Of a stretch of 64,000 nt of DNA, positions 27,128 to 37,118 are shown in pieces. The stretch comes from Planctomycetota bacterium. GTDB taxonomy: Bacteria; Planctomycetota; UBA1135; GCA-002686595. The number at the start of each line of letters is the position of its first letter. Positions within the stretch are counted from its first letter, which is position 1. A program made the translations under genes and the position numbers. Below the pieces are notes generated by a model. That model did not search any database, was not told the DNA's origin, and was given only the letters and a program-made list of their open reading frames with translations. The stretch is from contig DATHET010000223.1 in the NCBI GenBank assembly GCA_035490315.1, forward strand, positions 10,542 through 74,541. The letters run 5' to 3'.

Positions 27128-28288
27128 TCAGCTCTTGAAGACGATCGCGGGCTCGAGCTTCATGACCTTGCGGATCGAAAGCACAGCCGAGAGGGCGCAG
27201 ATGAAAGCCACGGCGCCCGCACTGATCCACAGGATCTGCGGCATCATCCGGAACGCGAGCTCGCTGCCGCGAACCGCGCGACCGAACAGCGAGGCCAGTC
27301 CCACGCCGAGCCCGTAACCGATGCTGCCCGCGGTCAAGGCCTGGACGAGAATCATGCGCAACAAGGTCAGATTCGAGGCCCCCATCGCCTTGAGCGCGCC
27401 GAACTGCTTCAGGTTGTCGAGCGTGAAGTTGTAGAAGGTCTGGCCCGCGATCACGGTGCCGACCAGGAAGCCCAGCAGCACCGCGATGCCGAAATTGATC
27501 GGGATGCCGGTGTACTTCATGTAGTACTTGACCGTCGTCCACTGGAAATCCGGCCGCGTGATCGCGAGTAGACCTGTCTGCGCCTGGATGCGCGTGCACA
27601 GGGCCGCCGGGTCTTCGTCAGGCTTGGGCTTGACCAGGATGAACGAGAGCAGGCGGCGCTCTTTCGGCGCGAACTGCGTCGCGCGCGAGTAGGTCGTGTA
27701 CACCGTCGGCTGCGATTGAAAAGTCCGCGTGACCTCGCACAGGCCGACGACGACCGCGCGGTGATCGTTGAGCTCGAGCGTGTCGCCGATGCGCAGCGGC
27801 GTGCGCTCCCCGCCTTCGACCGTCGGTGGCCGCGCGAGCTTTCCGCGCGCTCCATTGACGTCGATGATCACCGCTTCGGCGCGGTGCAGGTCCTCGAGCT
27901 TGCCCTCGACCATCTTCGGCGGCCCGCCGACCAGCGTCGCGTCGTCGAGCCCCAAGACATTGCAGGTCTGGAAGTTTCCGTTCTCGAGCCGCGCCTTGAG
28001 CAGGCCCTTGTAAAGCGGCACCGCCCATTGCACTCCCGCGACGCCGCGCACGAGGAAGAGCTTCGTGTCCGACAAGGGCTTCACGTCGTCGACGAACTGC
28101 ACCTTCGGATCCATGACCCAGATGTCCGCCTGGCCGAGATCCGTGATCGCCGCGAAAGTGCGCGTCATCAAGCCGACGAACACCGAGGCCTGCTGCGTGA
28201 TCAACAGCGACGCGAAAGTCAGGCCGATGATGATGCCGATGTACTTGGCGCGATCGCCCATCAACATTTTCAGCGCGACGAAAATCAC
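27128..28288 (-). CDS. ABC transporter permease, FtsX/DevC-like
   Basis: The GTG at 28288 overlaps the TetR stop (GTGA). The layout is an N-terminal TM, a large periplasmic domain, and a C-terminal FtsX-type 3-TM bundle (LKAMGASNLTLLRMILVQAL...). Confidence 0.85.
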   Translation of the reverse strand: MIFVALKMLMGDRAKYIGIIIGLTFASLLITQQASVFVGLMTRTFAAITDLGQADIWVMDPKVQFVDDVKPLSDTKLFLVRGVAGVQWAVPLYKGLLKARLENGNFQTCNVLGLDDATLVGGPPKMVEGKLEDLHRAEAVIIDVNGARGKLARPPTVEGGERTPLRIGDTLELNDHRAVVVGLCEVTRTFQSQPTVYTTYSRATQFAPKERRLLSFILVKPKPDEDPAALCTRIQAQTGLLAITRPDFQWTTVKYYMKYTGIPINFGIAVLLGFLVGTVIAGQTFYNFTLDNLKQFGALKAMGASNLTLLRMILVQALTAGSIGYGLGVGLASLFGRAVRGSELAFRMMPQILWISAGAVAFICALSAVLSIRKVMKLEPAIVFKS

Positions 28289-28947
28289 GCGCGCCTCGCT
28301 TGATCCGTCTCGGAGACGTGAGTCAGGGCGGCGATCGAGAAGGCGCTGATGTGCTGGGCAAGCCGCAGGATCTGTTCGCTTCCCATGTTCTCCTTGGGCG
28401 AGAGGCGCTGCAGCACCGGACGCGAGTGGTGGTAGAAGACGCACTGGCTGACGACCGAGCGCGCGCAGAGGATCACCAGCGCCGGCTGAGCGCGCAGGCC
28501 GAGCAGTTCACCGACGATCGCGCAGAGTTGCTTGAACAGCGGGCGGATCAGCTCCTCGACCAGTCGATCGAGGGCGACGGTCGGCTCCATCATCTCGCGC
28601 GCCAGGAGTTGTCCCTGCCAGTCGGGATTGCCGTCGCCGAGGATCCGCAGCAGGAAAGAATGCACGAAGGCGAACATCCGTTCCTGTGGACTGGCCTCGG
28701 CGCTGACTCCGAGGTCCGGCGGGTAGCGTTGCAGTGCTTCGCGCATGCAGCGGCCCAGAGTCTGCGAGTACAGCTCCAGCTTGTCGCCGAAGTGGTAATT
28801 GATCGCCGCGACATTGACCCCCGCGTCCTTGCAGATCTCGCGCACCGTCGCGTCGCGGAATCCGCGCCGCGCGAACACGGGGCCGGCGGCTTCGAGCAGG
28901 CGCAGTCGCGTGTCGAGATCGAGCCTGGAGGAGGGCGGAGACTTCAT
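28285..28947 (-). CDS. TetR/AcrR-family transcriptional regulator
   Basis: The HTH region is RLRLLEAAGPVFARRGFRDATVREICKDAGVNVAAINYHFGDK. It is the first gene of the efflux operon. Confidence 0.85.
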   Translation of the reverse strand: MKSPPSSRLDLDTRLRLLEAAGPVFARRGFRDATVREICKDAGVNVAAINYHFGDKLELYSQTLGRCMREALQRYPPDLGVSAEASPQERMFAFVHSFLLRILGDGNPDWQGQLLAREMMEPTVALDRLVEELIRPLFKQLCAIVGELLGLRAQPALVILCARSVVSQCVFYHHSRPVLQRLSPKENMGSEQILRLAQHISAFSIAALTHVSETDQARRA

Positions 28948-28952
28948 GACTG

Positions 28953-28975
28953 AACGATTGTTTGAATGTATCGTT
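28953..28975. promoter_or_regulatory. Candidate TetR operator / promoter element
   Basis: AACGAT-N11-ATCGTT inverted repeat, with GTTTGAA repeated twice, in the only A/T-rich stretch of the TetR / methyltransferase divergent gap. Confidence 0.25.
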
Positions 28976-29068
28976 TGAAACGTGCGCTTACCTGCATGTT
29001 CCGGCGAATTCCTCACCCTGTTCTGTGCTGTTCTAATCCTTTCGCGAACAACAAGTTAGGCTGTCGCC

Positions 29069-29725
29069 ATGCGCCGAACTCTAGAGCCCGAGGTGATGGA
29101 CACCGCCGAGGAGGCTCTGCAGTACGACGCGATGGACAACTCCGGTCCAAATCGGGCCTTCATCGAGCGCCTGGTCAGCCTGGGAGCCACGGGCAAGGTC
29201 CTGGACATCGGCACCGGCCCGGGCCACATCCCGCTGCTCCTGGTCGAGCGGCTGAGCAATGTGAGTGTGATCGGGGTCGACCTGTCGCAGCATATGCTGC
29301 GCCACGCGGAGCTCCGGCGAGCCCAATCCCCCCACGCTGCGCGAGTCGAGTTCAGGATGGCTGACGCGAAGAACCTGCCTTTCCCGCGCGAGAGCTTCGA
29401 CGTAGTCGCCTCGAACACGATCCTGCACCACATTTCCGATCCGCGGCAGTTCATCTCGGAGGCCTGGCGGGTCCTGCGGCCCGGCGGGACCTTCCTGATC
29501 CGCGATCTGTTCCGGCCGCCGACGCCGCAGCGAGCGAGCGAGCTGGTGCGCACCCACGCCGGAAACGCCTCGCCCGCGCAGCAGGAGCTCCTGCTCGCCT
29601 CGCTTCATGCCGCCCTCGAACCCGAGGAGCTGCGCGCCTTCGCCCGCGAAGCCGGCCTGGTCGACGTCAACTTGACGATCGACTCCGATCGCCACATGTC
29701 GTTGGAAGCCCGCGCGCGGCGATGA
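29069..29725 (+). CDS. Class I SAM-dependent methyltransferase
   Basis: Motif I is VLDIGTGPGHIPLLL, followed by VIGVDLS..ML and FDVVASNTILHH...LRPGGTFLIRD. Confidence 0.8.
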   Translation: MRRTLEPEVMDTAEEALQYDAMDNSGPNRAFIERLVSLGATGKVLDIGTGPGHIPLLLVERLSNVSVIGVDLSQHMLRHAELRRAQSPHAARVEFRMADAKNLPFPRESFDVVASNTILHHISDPRQFISEAWRVLRPGGTFLIRDLFRPPTPQRASELVRTHAGNASPAQQELLLASLHAALEPEELRAFAREAGLVDVNLTIDSDRHMSLEARARR

Positions 29726-30942
29726 ACCTGCCCACCGCGACAGAGACGCCGACCGAGCGCCACTCGAGCGAAGGAGATCTCGCCCTCGCGCTCGGCGGAG
29801 GCGGGGCGCGAGCTGCCTACCAGGCCGGATTCCTGCACGCCGTCTCGAAGCGCTTCCCCGACCTCGGCATGCCGATCCTGACCGGCGTCTCCGCCGGCGC
29901 GATCAACACGGCCTTCCTGGCCAACGACCCGAGCGGTTTCGAAGCGCGGGCTTCGAAGCTGTGCAGCCTGTGGAGCAGCCTGCGCACGGAATCCGTATTC
30001 GACGCGAGCTCCGCCTCGCTGGGAAGCACGGTCCTGCGCTGGGGAATGCGCCTGATCTCCGGCGGCAGCCGCGTCTCGCCCAGACCGCACGGCATGGTCG
30101 ACACCGCGCCCCTGCGGAAATTCCTGAGCGCGACGCTGGGCGCCGACGAGAGCGGAGTGCTCACCGGCGTCGCCCAGAATCTGCAGAGTGGACGCCTGCG
30201 CGCCGCCGCGATCACGACCACCAATTACGCCACTTCGCAATCCGTGACCTGGGTCCAGGGGCGCGACGTGCCGATGTGGACACGTCCGATGCGCATGAGC
30301 GTCGCGACCACGCTGCGCGTCGACCACATCATGGGCTCGGCCGCTCTCCCGTTGTTCTTCCCCGCGGTGAACATCAACGACGAGTGGCACGGCGACGGCG
30401 GCATCCGTCTCACCGCGCCGCTCTCGCCGGCCTTGCACCTGGGAGCCGCGCGCATCCTGGCGATCTCGACTCGCTACCAGCGCACGCGCTCGGATCCGCT
30501 CACTTCCGTGACGCGCGCTTATCCCGCGCCCGCCCACGTGCTCGGCGTGCTGATGAGCGCAATCTTCCTCGACAACTTCGACCACGATGCGATGAACCTC
30601 GATCGCATGAACAAGCTGATCGAGTCGCTGCCGGAAAATGCGCGCCTGGGATTGCGGCCGGTGGATCTCTTGATCGTGCGCCCGACGCGCGACCTGGCGA
30701 AGATCGCCGGCGAGCACGAAATCCAGCTGCCGCGCTCGTTCCGTTTCCTGCTGCGCGGTCTCGGCACGCGCGAATCGAAGAGTCCCGAGTCGCTGTCGAT
30801 GGTGCTCTTCGAGCCCGACTACGTGAACCGCCTGCTCGAGCTCGGCCGCGCCGACGCCGAAGCACGCATGGGCGACATCGAGGCCTTCCTCGGCGGCGAG
30901 CGCATGCAGGGTTTGAATCGGACCGGGTTCTGGAGGCTGTAA
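29722..30942 (+). CDS. Patatin-like phospholipase
   Basis: The oxyanion motif is LALGGGGARAAYQAG, the nucleophile motif is GVSAGAIN (GxSxG), and the catalytic Asp lies in HGDGGIR. The ATG overlaps the methyltransferase stop (ATGA). Confidence 0.85.
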   Translation: MNLPTATETPTERHSSEGDLALALGGGGARAAYQAGFLHAVSKRFPDLGMPILTGVSAGAINTAFLANDPSGFEARASKLCSLWSSLRTESVFDASSASLGSTVLRWGMRLISGGSRVSPRPHGMVDTAPLRKFLSATLGADESGVLTGVAQNLQSGRLRAAAITTTNYATSQSVTWVQGRDVPMWTRPMRMSVATTLRVDHIMGSAALPLFFPAVNINDEWHGDGGIRLTAPLSPALHLGAARILAISTRYQRTRSDPLTSVTRAYPAPAHVLGVLMSAIFLDNFDHDAMNLDRMNKLIESLPENARLGLRPVDLLIVRPTRDLAKIAGEHEIQLPRSFRFLLRGLGTRESKSPESLSMVLFEPDYVNRLLELGRADAEARMGDIEAFLGGERMQGLNRTGFWRL

Positions 30943-30968
30943 TCGTGATCCAACCGACGTCGGGCTGA

Positions 30969-31319
30969 GTGATGGCATGGTGGCTTTGGCTCTGGGTCGC
31001 GGTCATGTCCGGGCTGGCCATCGCCGGGGTGCTCATGGACATCAGCTCGGGCCGCCCGGTTCATCGGACGGTCCTTTCCTTCGGCGCAGTACTGGCCTGC
31101 CCACTGTTCGTGCTCCATTACTTCGGAAAAGTGTCCCTGCCGGGGGCCAAGCTCTTCGTCGTGTTGGCTGCGATTGGCCTCTGGTTGGAAATGAGTTGGG
31201 CAAGCCAGGAAGATCGCTACGAACCGGATCACTCCCGCAAGATTGTGCAGGGGTCAGTGATCTTCTGCGTGATCGTTTACGCCCCCGCGCTCGTGCTTGG
31301 TTGGCTCGCAGGCAACTGA
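30969..31319 (+). CDS. Small integral membrane protein, unknown function
   Basis: Four hydrophobic segments are present (WWLWLWVAVMSGLAIAGVL etc.). No recognisable family. Local composition is more A/T-rich. Confidence 0.45.
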   Translation: MMAWWLWLWVAVMSGLAIAGVLMDISSGRPVHRTVLSFGAVLACPLFVLHYFGKVSLPGAKLFVVLAAIGLWLEMSWASQEDRYEPDHSRKIVQGSVIFCVIVYAPALVLGWLAGN

Positions 31320-31453
31320 TCCCGGATCGATCGCGCGACAGGATTGAGTGGCACAGGGTTCTTGAGGCTGCGAGGAGAGGGCGGAGTGCCCGCAGGCTTG
31401 TCGTGAACGGCTAGACTGGTCGCTTGGTTCCGCGGCGTCATCGCCGGCAATGC

Positions 31454-32617
31454 ATGAAGCTTTCCTTCTACCTTTGCATCTGCATCCTCGCGTCAGGCTC
31501 GCGGGCGATCGCGCAGCAGGTCGGCGTGAGCAGGCCGGTGTCGATCGAGTATCGGGCGGAGTGCACGCTGACGCCGGAAATCGTTGACGAGCTGATCGAT
31601 GATTTGCGGTCCAGCGAAGAGTCGAAGACGGAAGCGGCCGAAGCAATCCTCGCCGAGCACGAGGTCGAGCATGGCTGGTCGGTCTGGATCGGCGGGCCGG
31701 ATTTCATCGACAAGGCACACGCCGTGAGCTGCCCGGATGAGGTGTTGGACCGAATGGCTGCGCTGAAAGACCAAGGCGCAGAGATCAGGCCCTGGATCCT
31801 CCATCGTTGCTTCGGCATCGCACTTCAGCGCGCGGGTCGATTGGACAAAGCGCTGGCCATGATCGATGCATCGATGCCGATGGCAGCAGAGCCCGATCCT
31901 TCAGGTGTCCTCGAAAGAATGTCCGCGGCTTTGCGCCGGAGCGAATTGTCGGAGATCGCCGCCTTTCTTTGCGCGAGGGAGAGCAAGGCCGAGCGCGCTT
32001 TCGAATACGCGAAACACTGGATTCCCGCGTCGGGCTGCGGAATCTGCAACGACTCGGAGCGCGAGACGATCGTAGCGTTCCAAGTGCGGATGCTGGTCCA
32101 GTTCACGAACACCGATGAGGCGGCAGACCAAGCCAATCAGCTGTTGATGCGGAATCCAGGCCTGCCCGTTGCAGGCTGGGTTGATCATGAAATCGGCGCT
32201 GGACGCTGCACGGATTCGGTCTCGACCCTGGCACGAATTCGATCCATCGTCCATGCCGACGCGAAGACTCTCGAACTGTGCGCACCCGCCAAGCGCCTGT
32301 GGGACCTTCGCCATGAATCCCGCGCAATTCAACTCGAGCACTTGAGGGAATTGGCGATGCTCGACGAGGATTTCGCGCTGTCGCTGGTCTTCGGCCTCGA
32401 CAATCACGGCGTCGATGGTCACCTCGACGCAATCGACGTCGTCGAAGGCCACCTGCGTGACAGCAAGCTTGCCTGCCTGATGGCGGCAACTGGCAACCCG
32501 ATTCTGCAACTCCCGATCGGACGCGCCGAGCGCCAGATGCAGGAGCAGTACCGGTACGCAGGATCGATCTGGGAAGAGGCTAACCGTCGCTGGCGCGCCT
32601 TGTCGCAGAAGCGGTGA
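31454..32617 (+). CDS. Hypothetical secreted protein
   Basis: The signal peptide is MKLSFYLCICILASGSRAIAQQ. The 387-aa ORF has no motif I recognise. Composition is visibly lower in GC than the neighbours. Confidence 0.55.
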   Translation: MKLSFYLCICILASGSRAIAQQVGVSRPVSIEYRAECTLTPEIVDELIDDLRSSEESKTEAAEAILAEHEVEHGWSVWIGGPDFIDKAHAVSCPDEVLDRMAALKDQGAEIRPWILHRCFGIALQRAGRLDKALAMIDASMPMAAEPDPSGVLERMSAALRRSELSEIAAFLCARESKAERAFEYAKHWIPASGCGICNDSERETIVAFQVRMLVQFTNTDEAADQANQLLMRNPGLPVAGWVDHEIGAGRCTDSVSTLARIRSIVHADAKTLELCAPAKRLWDLRHESRAIQLEHLRELAMLDEDFALSLVFGLDNHGVDGHLDAIDVVEGHLRDSKLACLMAATGNPILQLPIGRAERQMQEQYRYAGSIWEEANRRWRALSQKR

Positions 32618-34242
32618 GCGGAGACAGCGCTACGACAGGTTTCGAAGCAGCGAAGCCGCCGTCGCGCGGGCGCAAGCTCCGAACCGCGCTGCTCGCGCTC
32701 GGAGTCGGCCTCGTCCTCGCGCCGATCGCCGCTGAGGTCGGACTTCGCATCCTCGTTTCCTCGCCCAAAGTGGACGCGAATGGATTGGGCAAGCAGTTCC
32801 GACGACCGGAGCTGTATTCCAATTCGGAGTCGCAGGACGATTACTGGAAACTGCTCGCGAGGTTCAAGACCGACGGCGCGCGGCACGACGCGCCGAACAA
32901 GGATGCTCTGATCGGTTGGACGAGCCTTTCCGTCCGGCCCGGCAACTACTCGCACGTCGACGAGAGCTCGATCCGCGGCCGCAAGCTCGTGCTGCTCTAC
33001 GGCGACTCCTTCGCGCGCTGCCCGACGATGCCCGAAGACAGCTTCCCCGCGATCATGGAGCGCTCGGATCTCGCGCAGGATTACGTCCTGCTGAATTACG
33101 GCGCCGGAGGCTACGGACTCGACCAGGTCTATCTGCTGATCAAGAACTCGATCGGCCGATTCGAGCATCTCGATCCGATCGTGATCGTCAGCGCGCTGGT
33201 CGAGGGCGACTTCGACCGCAGCGTGCTCTCGTTCCGCACCTGGCCAAAGCCGCGGCTCGACATCGTCGGCGATCAGCTCGTGGCGCGCGGCCCGGTCGAG
33301 ACCAGCGTCCAGGACTATCTCGCGGCCAATCCCGTGCAGATCCAGAGCTACCTCTGGCGACTCCTGCTCCATCAACAATCGAGCATCCTCGCCGAGCAGC
33401 GCGCGCGCTGGCGAGGCGAAGCGAGCGCCGACCAGGAGAAGCAGGTCCTCAACCGCCGGATCCTGGTCGAGATCGAGCGCGAGCTCTCGAGCCGCAAGCT
33501 GCGGCATTTCTACCTGGCCTTCCACGCCGAGCCCGGCGCCTTGAAGCCCGCGAAGTCCTCCGGATGGCGCGAGCAGGTGCTGCCCGAATTCTGCGCGCAG
33601 TCCGGCACGCAACTGATCGACACGCGCACGTATCTGTCGTTCCTCTCGCAAGGCGACGAGGAGAATTGCGCGGAGTTCTACGGGCACGGGCCGCCGCTCA
33701 ACGGCCACCACAACGCGCTCGGGAATCTGGTCTGCTTCGAGGCGATGCGGCGAGGCATCCTCGGCGACTCTTCCGAGCCCGAGCCGCGGCAGATCGCTGT
33801 CGCGAACAAGTACGGACTCTTCGACTGGGTCGGCTCGGAGTCGACGCAAACCGTGCTCATGGAAAGGCCCGTGACCCTGACCACCTATGGCAGCGCGGGT
33901 CGGATGCGTGCGTCCGAGACCGCCAAGCCTCCGCAACTCCTGCTGCGCGCCGGCGCGCTCGGGCCGACGATCGCGCGCTTCGAGCTCGCAGGCCAGGCGA
34001 AACGCTTCACGGGTCGCCTGCGCACCGGGGCGAAGGCGAGCGGCTGCGGCGAGGCGGAGCTGCGGTTCTTCGTCGAGATCGACGACAAGATCGTGCTCAA
34101 CGAAGCGGTTCCAGGCGCGAGGGATGCCCTGCTCCTCGACATCGACCTCACGGGCAAGCAATCATTTGCGCTGGTCGCCGTCGGCGACCGAGGCGGCGGC
34201 GGTTGCAACTGGGTCTGCATCGAGAAACCTCATCTCGAATGA
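32614..34242 (+). CDS. Membrane-anchored SGNH/GDSL-like hydrolase or acyltransferase with a C-terminal NPCBM-like beta-sandwich
   Basis: The GTG overlaps the previous stop (GTGA). The TM anchor is LLALGVGLVLAPIAA. Block I is LLYGDSFA and block II is NYGAGGYGLDQ. The C-terminal segment ends ...RFFVEIDDKIVLNE...LLLDIDLTGKQSFALVAVGD...NWVCIEKPHL. Confidence 0.6.
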   Translation: MSGDSATTGFEAAKPPSRGRKLRTALLALGVGLVLAPIAAEVGLRILVSSPKVDANGLGKQFRRPELYSNSESQDDYWKLLARFKTDGARHDAPNKDALIGWTSLSVRPGNYSHVDESSIRGRKLVLLYGDSFARCPTMPEDSFPAIMERSDLAQDYVLLNYGAGGYGLDQVYLLIKNSIGRFEHLDPIVIVSALVEGDFDRSVLSFRTWPKPRLDIVGDQLVARGPVETSVQDYLAANPVQIQSYLWRLLLHQQSSILAEQRARWRGEASADQEKQVLNRRILVEIERELSSRKLRHFYLAFHAEPGALKPAKSSGWREQVLPEFCAQSGTQLIDTRTYLSFLSQGDEENCAEFYGHGPPLNGHHNALGNLVCFEAMRRGILGDSSEPEPRQIAVANKYGLFDWVGSESTQTVLMERPVTLTTYGSAGRMRASETAKPPQLLLRAGALGPTIARFELAGQAKRFTGRLRTGAKASGCGEAELRFFVEIDDKIVLNEAVPGARDALLLDIDLTGKQSFALVAVGDRGGGGCNWVCIEKPHLE

Positions 34243-34256
34243 GCTGAAGATTCGTC

Positions 34257-37118
34257 ATGTCGACACGAGGTTCCAAGGTCCTGGTCTTGCTCGCGGCGCT
34301 GCTCGTCCTCGCGATCGGATTCTTCGTCTGGCGCGCGTCGAGCGGCTCGAGCGATGTGGCCGGCGTCGCACCGTCAGCAAATAACACCGAGCAGCCGCAG
34401 GCTGTCGACTCCGCTCCGCCCGCGGTGGTCGAAATGCCGCAGACCGCCTATGCCGGTGGCGTGCAGCCGCCTGTCGCGGCGAAAGACGCACAGCGCGTCG
34501 CTCTCGAAAAGAGCGCGGAGCCCAAGGACCCCGACGCGCTCTGGATCTCCGGACGTCTGATCTATCCCGCACGCACGCCTCTGGGCGAGACCGTCGAAGT
34601 CGTCGCGAAGAACAAGGGCCTCAGGAGCCCTCGCGCGCGCGTCGAGGCCGGCGGAGATTTCCGTATCGCTCTCGCGCCGAAATCGCGCTCGGCGATCTTC
34701 GACATCGAAGCGCAGCACCTGTTCCTCCGCGAGCCGCTGACGATCAAGATCAAGGACGGCAACCCGGCGCGCGAAGTAGTCCTCGAGCCCGTGCTCGGCG
34801 GATGCTTCGCAGTGCAGTTGCACGTGCCGCCGCAAGCAGCGAGCCTCGCGCCGAAGCTCGTCGGCAATTCGGTTGCCTCGTTTGGCATGTCGAACGCAGC
34901 GGCCTATCCCTCGTCGAACCGAATGGCGGTTTTCAGCAAGGACTTGCGAGCTCAATTGCGTGGGCTCGATGCAAAGCTCGTGTACGCGGTCATCTTCGAT
35001 TCGACGTTCTTTGCGAAAGCGACTCTCGATGGGCTCCAAGTTGAGCCTGGCGAGACACGCCAGCTCAACCTCGATCTCTTACTCGGAGTGGAATTGCGCG
35101 GCCGTTTGATCATTCCAGGAGAGGGCAACCGTCATGATTTGTTGCTGCGCGTCGAATCGACGTCCAAGCAGGCAGCCCAGTCCGGCGTCGATGCCCCTGA
35201 GCAGACGTCCTTCAAATACGCGGACGTCGACCAGGACGGCAGCTTCGTAGCGCGCGGCGTGACGCCGGGCCGCATCACGCTCCGCGCAACCGCCAACCAG
35301 CGGACTCCAGCCGAGCTCGACCTCGGATCGCTCGCCGACGGCGATGTGCGCGAAGGAATCGAGCTGGCGATGGGCCTCGGCGGTCAGATCGGCGGACACG
35401 TGAGCTGGCAGGACGGCAGCCCAGCCGTCGGTGCGGTGGTGCAGTTGCTGCCCGAGGGCAAACAGGCCAAACGTCAAAATCCATTCCTCGACGGTACTCC
35501 CAAGGTTTTCCACGAAGCGATCGTCGATGCCGATGGTGCATTCCTGATCAGCGGGCTCAACGAGGGACCGCTAACCCTGGTCGCTCAATTCACCGATTAC
35601 GAGAGCGCCCCCAAGGGCGTGGAAGCGAAGCCGAAAGGCAAGGCGAAGATCGAAAACGTCGCGATCGGCACGCTCGACATGAAAGTCGTGCTGCAGGGCG
35701 GCTACTCGATCAAGGGCAGCGTCGTCGACGACGCTGGCGCGCCGATCCAGAAGTTCCGCGTCACCGCGACTCCAGAGCCCGCGGATGCAGCGTCGAAGCC
35801 CCTGATCATTCCAATTTCGAACAAGCTGGGACGCTTCGAGCTCACCGGCCTGCTCGATGGCAGCTACTTGGTCGGGATCAGCGCAGCGCGCTACGAAAAT
35901 CCAGACCCGCTGCTGGTCCGCGTGCCCGTCGACACGACGCCGCTGACTTTCGTGCTCGCTCGCCGCGCTTCGATCTCCGGAGTCGTCGTGCAGCCCGACG
36001 GCTCGCCCGCAGCCCAGGCGAGGTTGCGCATCCAGCCTCAGGATCTCCAGATATGGATTCCCCGCGACACGGTCGACGGCCTCTCGAATTCGCAAGGCCA
36101 GTTCGACCTGACATCGGTCGGCGCGGGCGCGATCGTCTTGCGAGCGCAGTCCGAGAAATTTGCCTCGAGCGAAGAGCTCCCGTTGCAGGTGAGCCCCGGC
36201 CAGCGGATCGAAGGTCTGCGACTGGTCCTGCGCACGCCGGCGCGGATCACGGGCGAAGTGCTTCCGACGCACGAAGGCGAAAGGATCTCGGGGCGCATGA
36301 TCCACGGCTACAGCGGCCAGGATTCCCAGATTTCCGGCTTGACCGACGACAAAGGCCGCTTCGAATTCGAGCATGTCGATCCCGGCGAGTACACGATCGT
36401 CCTGCAGCCGAGCTCCGAGGAGCGGGAACGATTCCAAAATCCCGGCGCGGAGCCGATGCCTGACCATGAAGTGGACTTCGCGCTGACGAAAATCCGCGAG
36501 CTCCGCGTCGACGAAGGCGGCGAAGCCCACGTCGTGTTCGGACCGAGCAACCTTGCGACGATCAGCGTCCGCGGCATCGTGCGTCGAGGCGAGACTCCCT
36601 GGCCTTCCGTGCATGTGCGCGCCTTGCTCGTGGACCAGAAGGACCCGCGCGGCGGACCGCACGCGTGGACCGACGAATCAGGCCGATTCGAGCTCAGCGT
36701 CGAGACGCCCGGACGCTATCGCGTGCAGGCGATGGTCAATGGAGTGATGGGCATGCCCAGCGGCGTGCAGGTCGACGTGCCCGCTGGTGGAGCCGATTCG
36801 ATCGAGATCGCGATCGGAAACGGTCGCATCACGGGCATCGCTCATGCATTCGGGAACCAAGCCCCGGGTGAAATTGCCGTCTGGCTGGAACGCGACGACG
36901 GTGAGCGCGCAGGGTTTACGCCCGACATTTCCACCTGGCCGGACTTGCGCATTGAGTTCGTGAATCTGCCCGTGGGCAACTACACGCTGGTTGCGTCCGC
37001 CTGGAGGGTCGACAGCCAGGATCGCCCTCTGGCTATTCTCGCACCGACGCGGCAAAGGATCGAGCTGCGAGAGAATCAGGAGCTCGACGATGTGCGGATC
37101 GAGGTCGACGGGCATTGA
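34257..37118 (+). CDS. Large membrane-anchored protein with many carboxypeptidase-regulatory-like repeats
   Basis: 953 aa. The TM anchor is VLVLLAALLVLAIGFFVW, followed by about 8 repeats of the 'G.V.D..G.P...A.V...........D..G.F....L..G.Y.L' type. Confidence 0.75.
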   Translation: MSTRGSKVLVLLAALLVLAIGFFVWRASSGSSDVAGVAPSANNTEQPQAVDSAPPAVVEMPQTAYAGGVQPPVAAKDAQRVALEKSAEPKDPDALWISGRLIYPARTPLGETVEVVAKNKGLRSPRARVEAGGDFRIALAPKSRSAIFDIEAQHLFLREPLTIKIKDGNPAREVVLEPVLGGCFAVQLHVPPQAASLAPKLVGNSVASFGMSNAAAYPSSNRMAVFSKDLRAQLRGLDAKLVYAVIFDSTFFAKATLDGLQVEPGETRQLNLDLLLGVELRGRLIIPGEGNRHDLLLRVESTSKQAAQSGVDAPEQTSFKYADVDQDGSFVARGVTPGRITLRATANQRTPAELDLGSLADGDVREGIELAMGLGGQIGGHVSWQDGSPAVGAVVQLLPEGKQAKRQNPFLDGTPKVFHEAIVDADGAFLISGLNEGPLTLVAQFTDYESAPKGVEAKPKGKAKIENVAIGTLDMKVVLQGGYSIKGSVVDDAGAPIQKFRVTATPEPADAASKPLIIPISNKLGRFELTGLLDGSYLVGISAARYENPDPLLVRVPVDTTPLTFVLARRASISGVVVQPDGSPAAQARLRIQPQDLQIWIPRDTVDGLSNSQGQFDLTSVGAGAIVLRAQSEKFASSEELPLQVSPGQRIEGLRLVLRTPARITGEVLPTHEGERISGRMIHGYSGQDSQISGLTDDKGRFEFEHVDPGEYTIVLQPSSEERERFQNPGAEPMPDHEVDFALTKIRELRVDEGGEAHVVFGPSNLATISVRGIVRRGETPWPSVHVRALLVDQKDPRGGPHAWTDESGRFELSVETPGRYRVQAMVNGVMGMPSGVQVDVPAGGADSIEIAIGNGRITGIAHAFGNQAPGEIAVWLERDDGERAGFTPDISTWPDLRIEFVNLPVGNYTLVASAWRVDSQDRPLAILAPTRQRIELRENQELDDVRIEVDGH

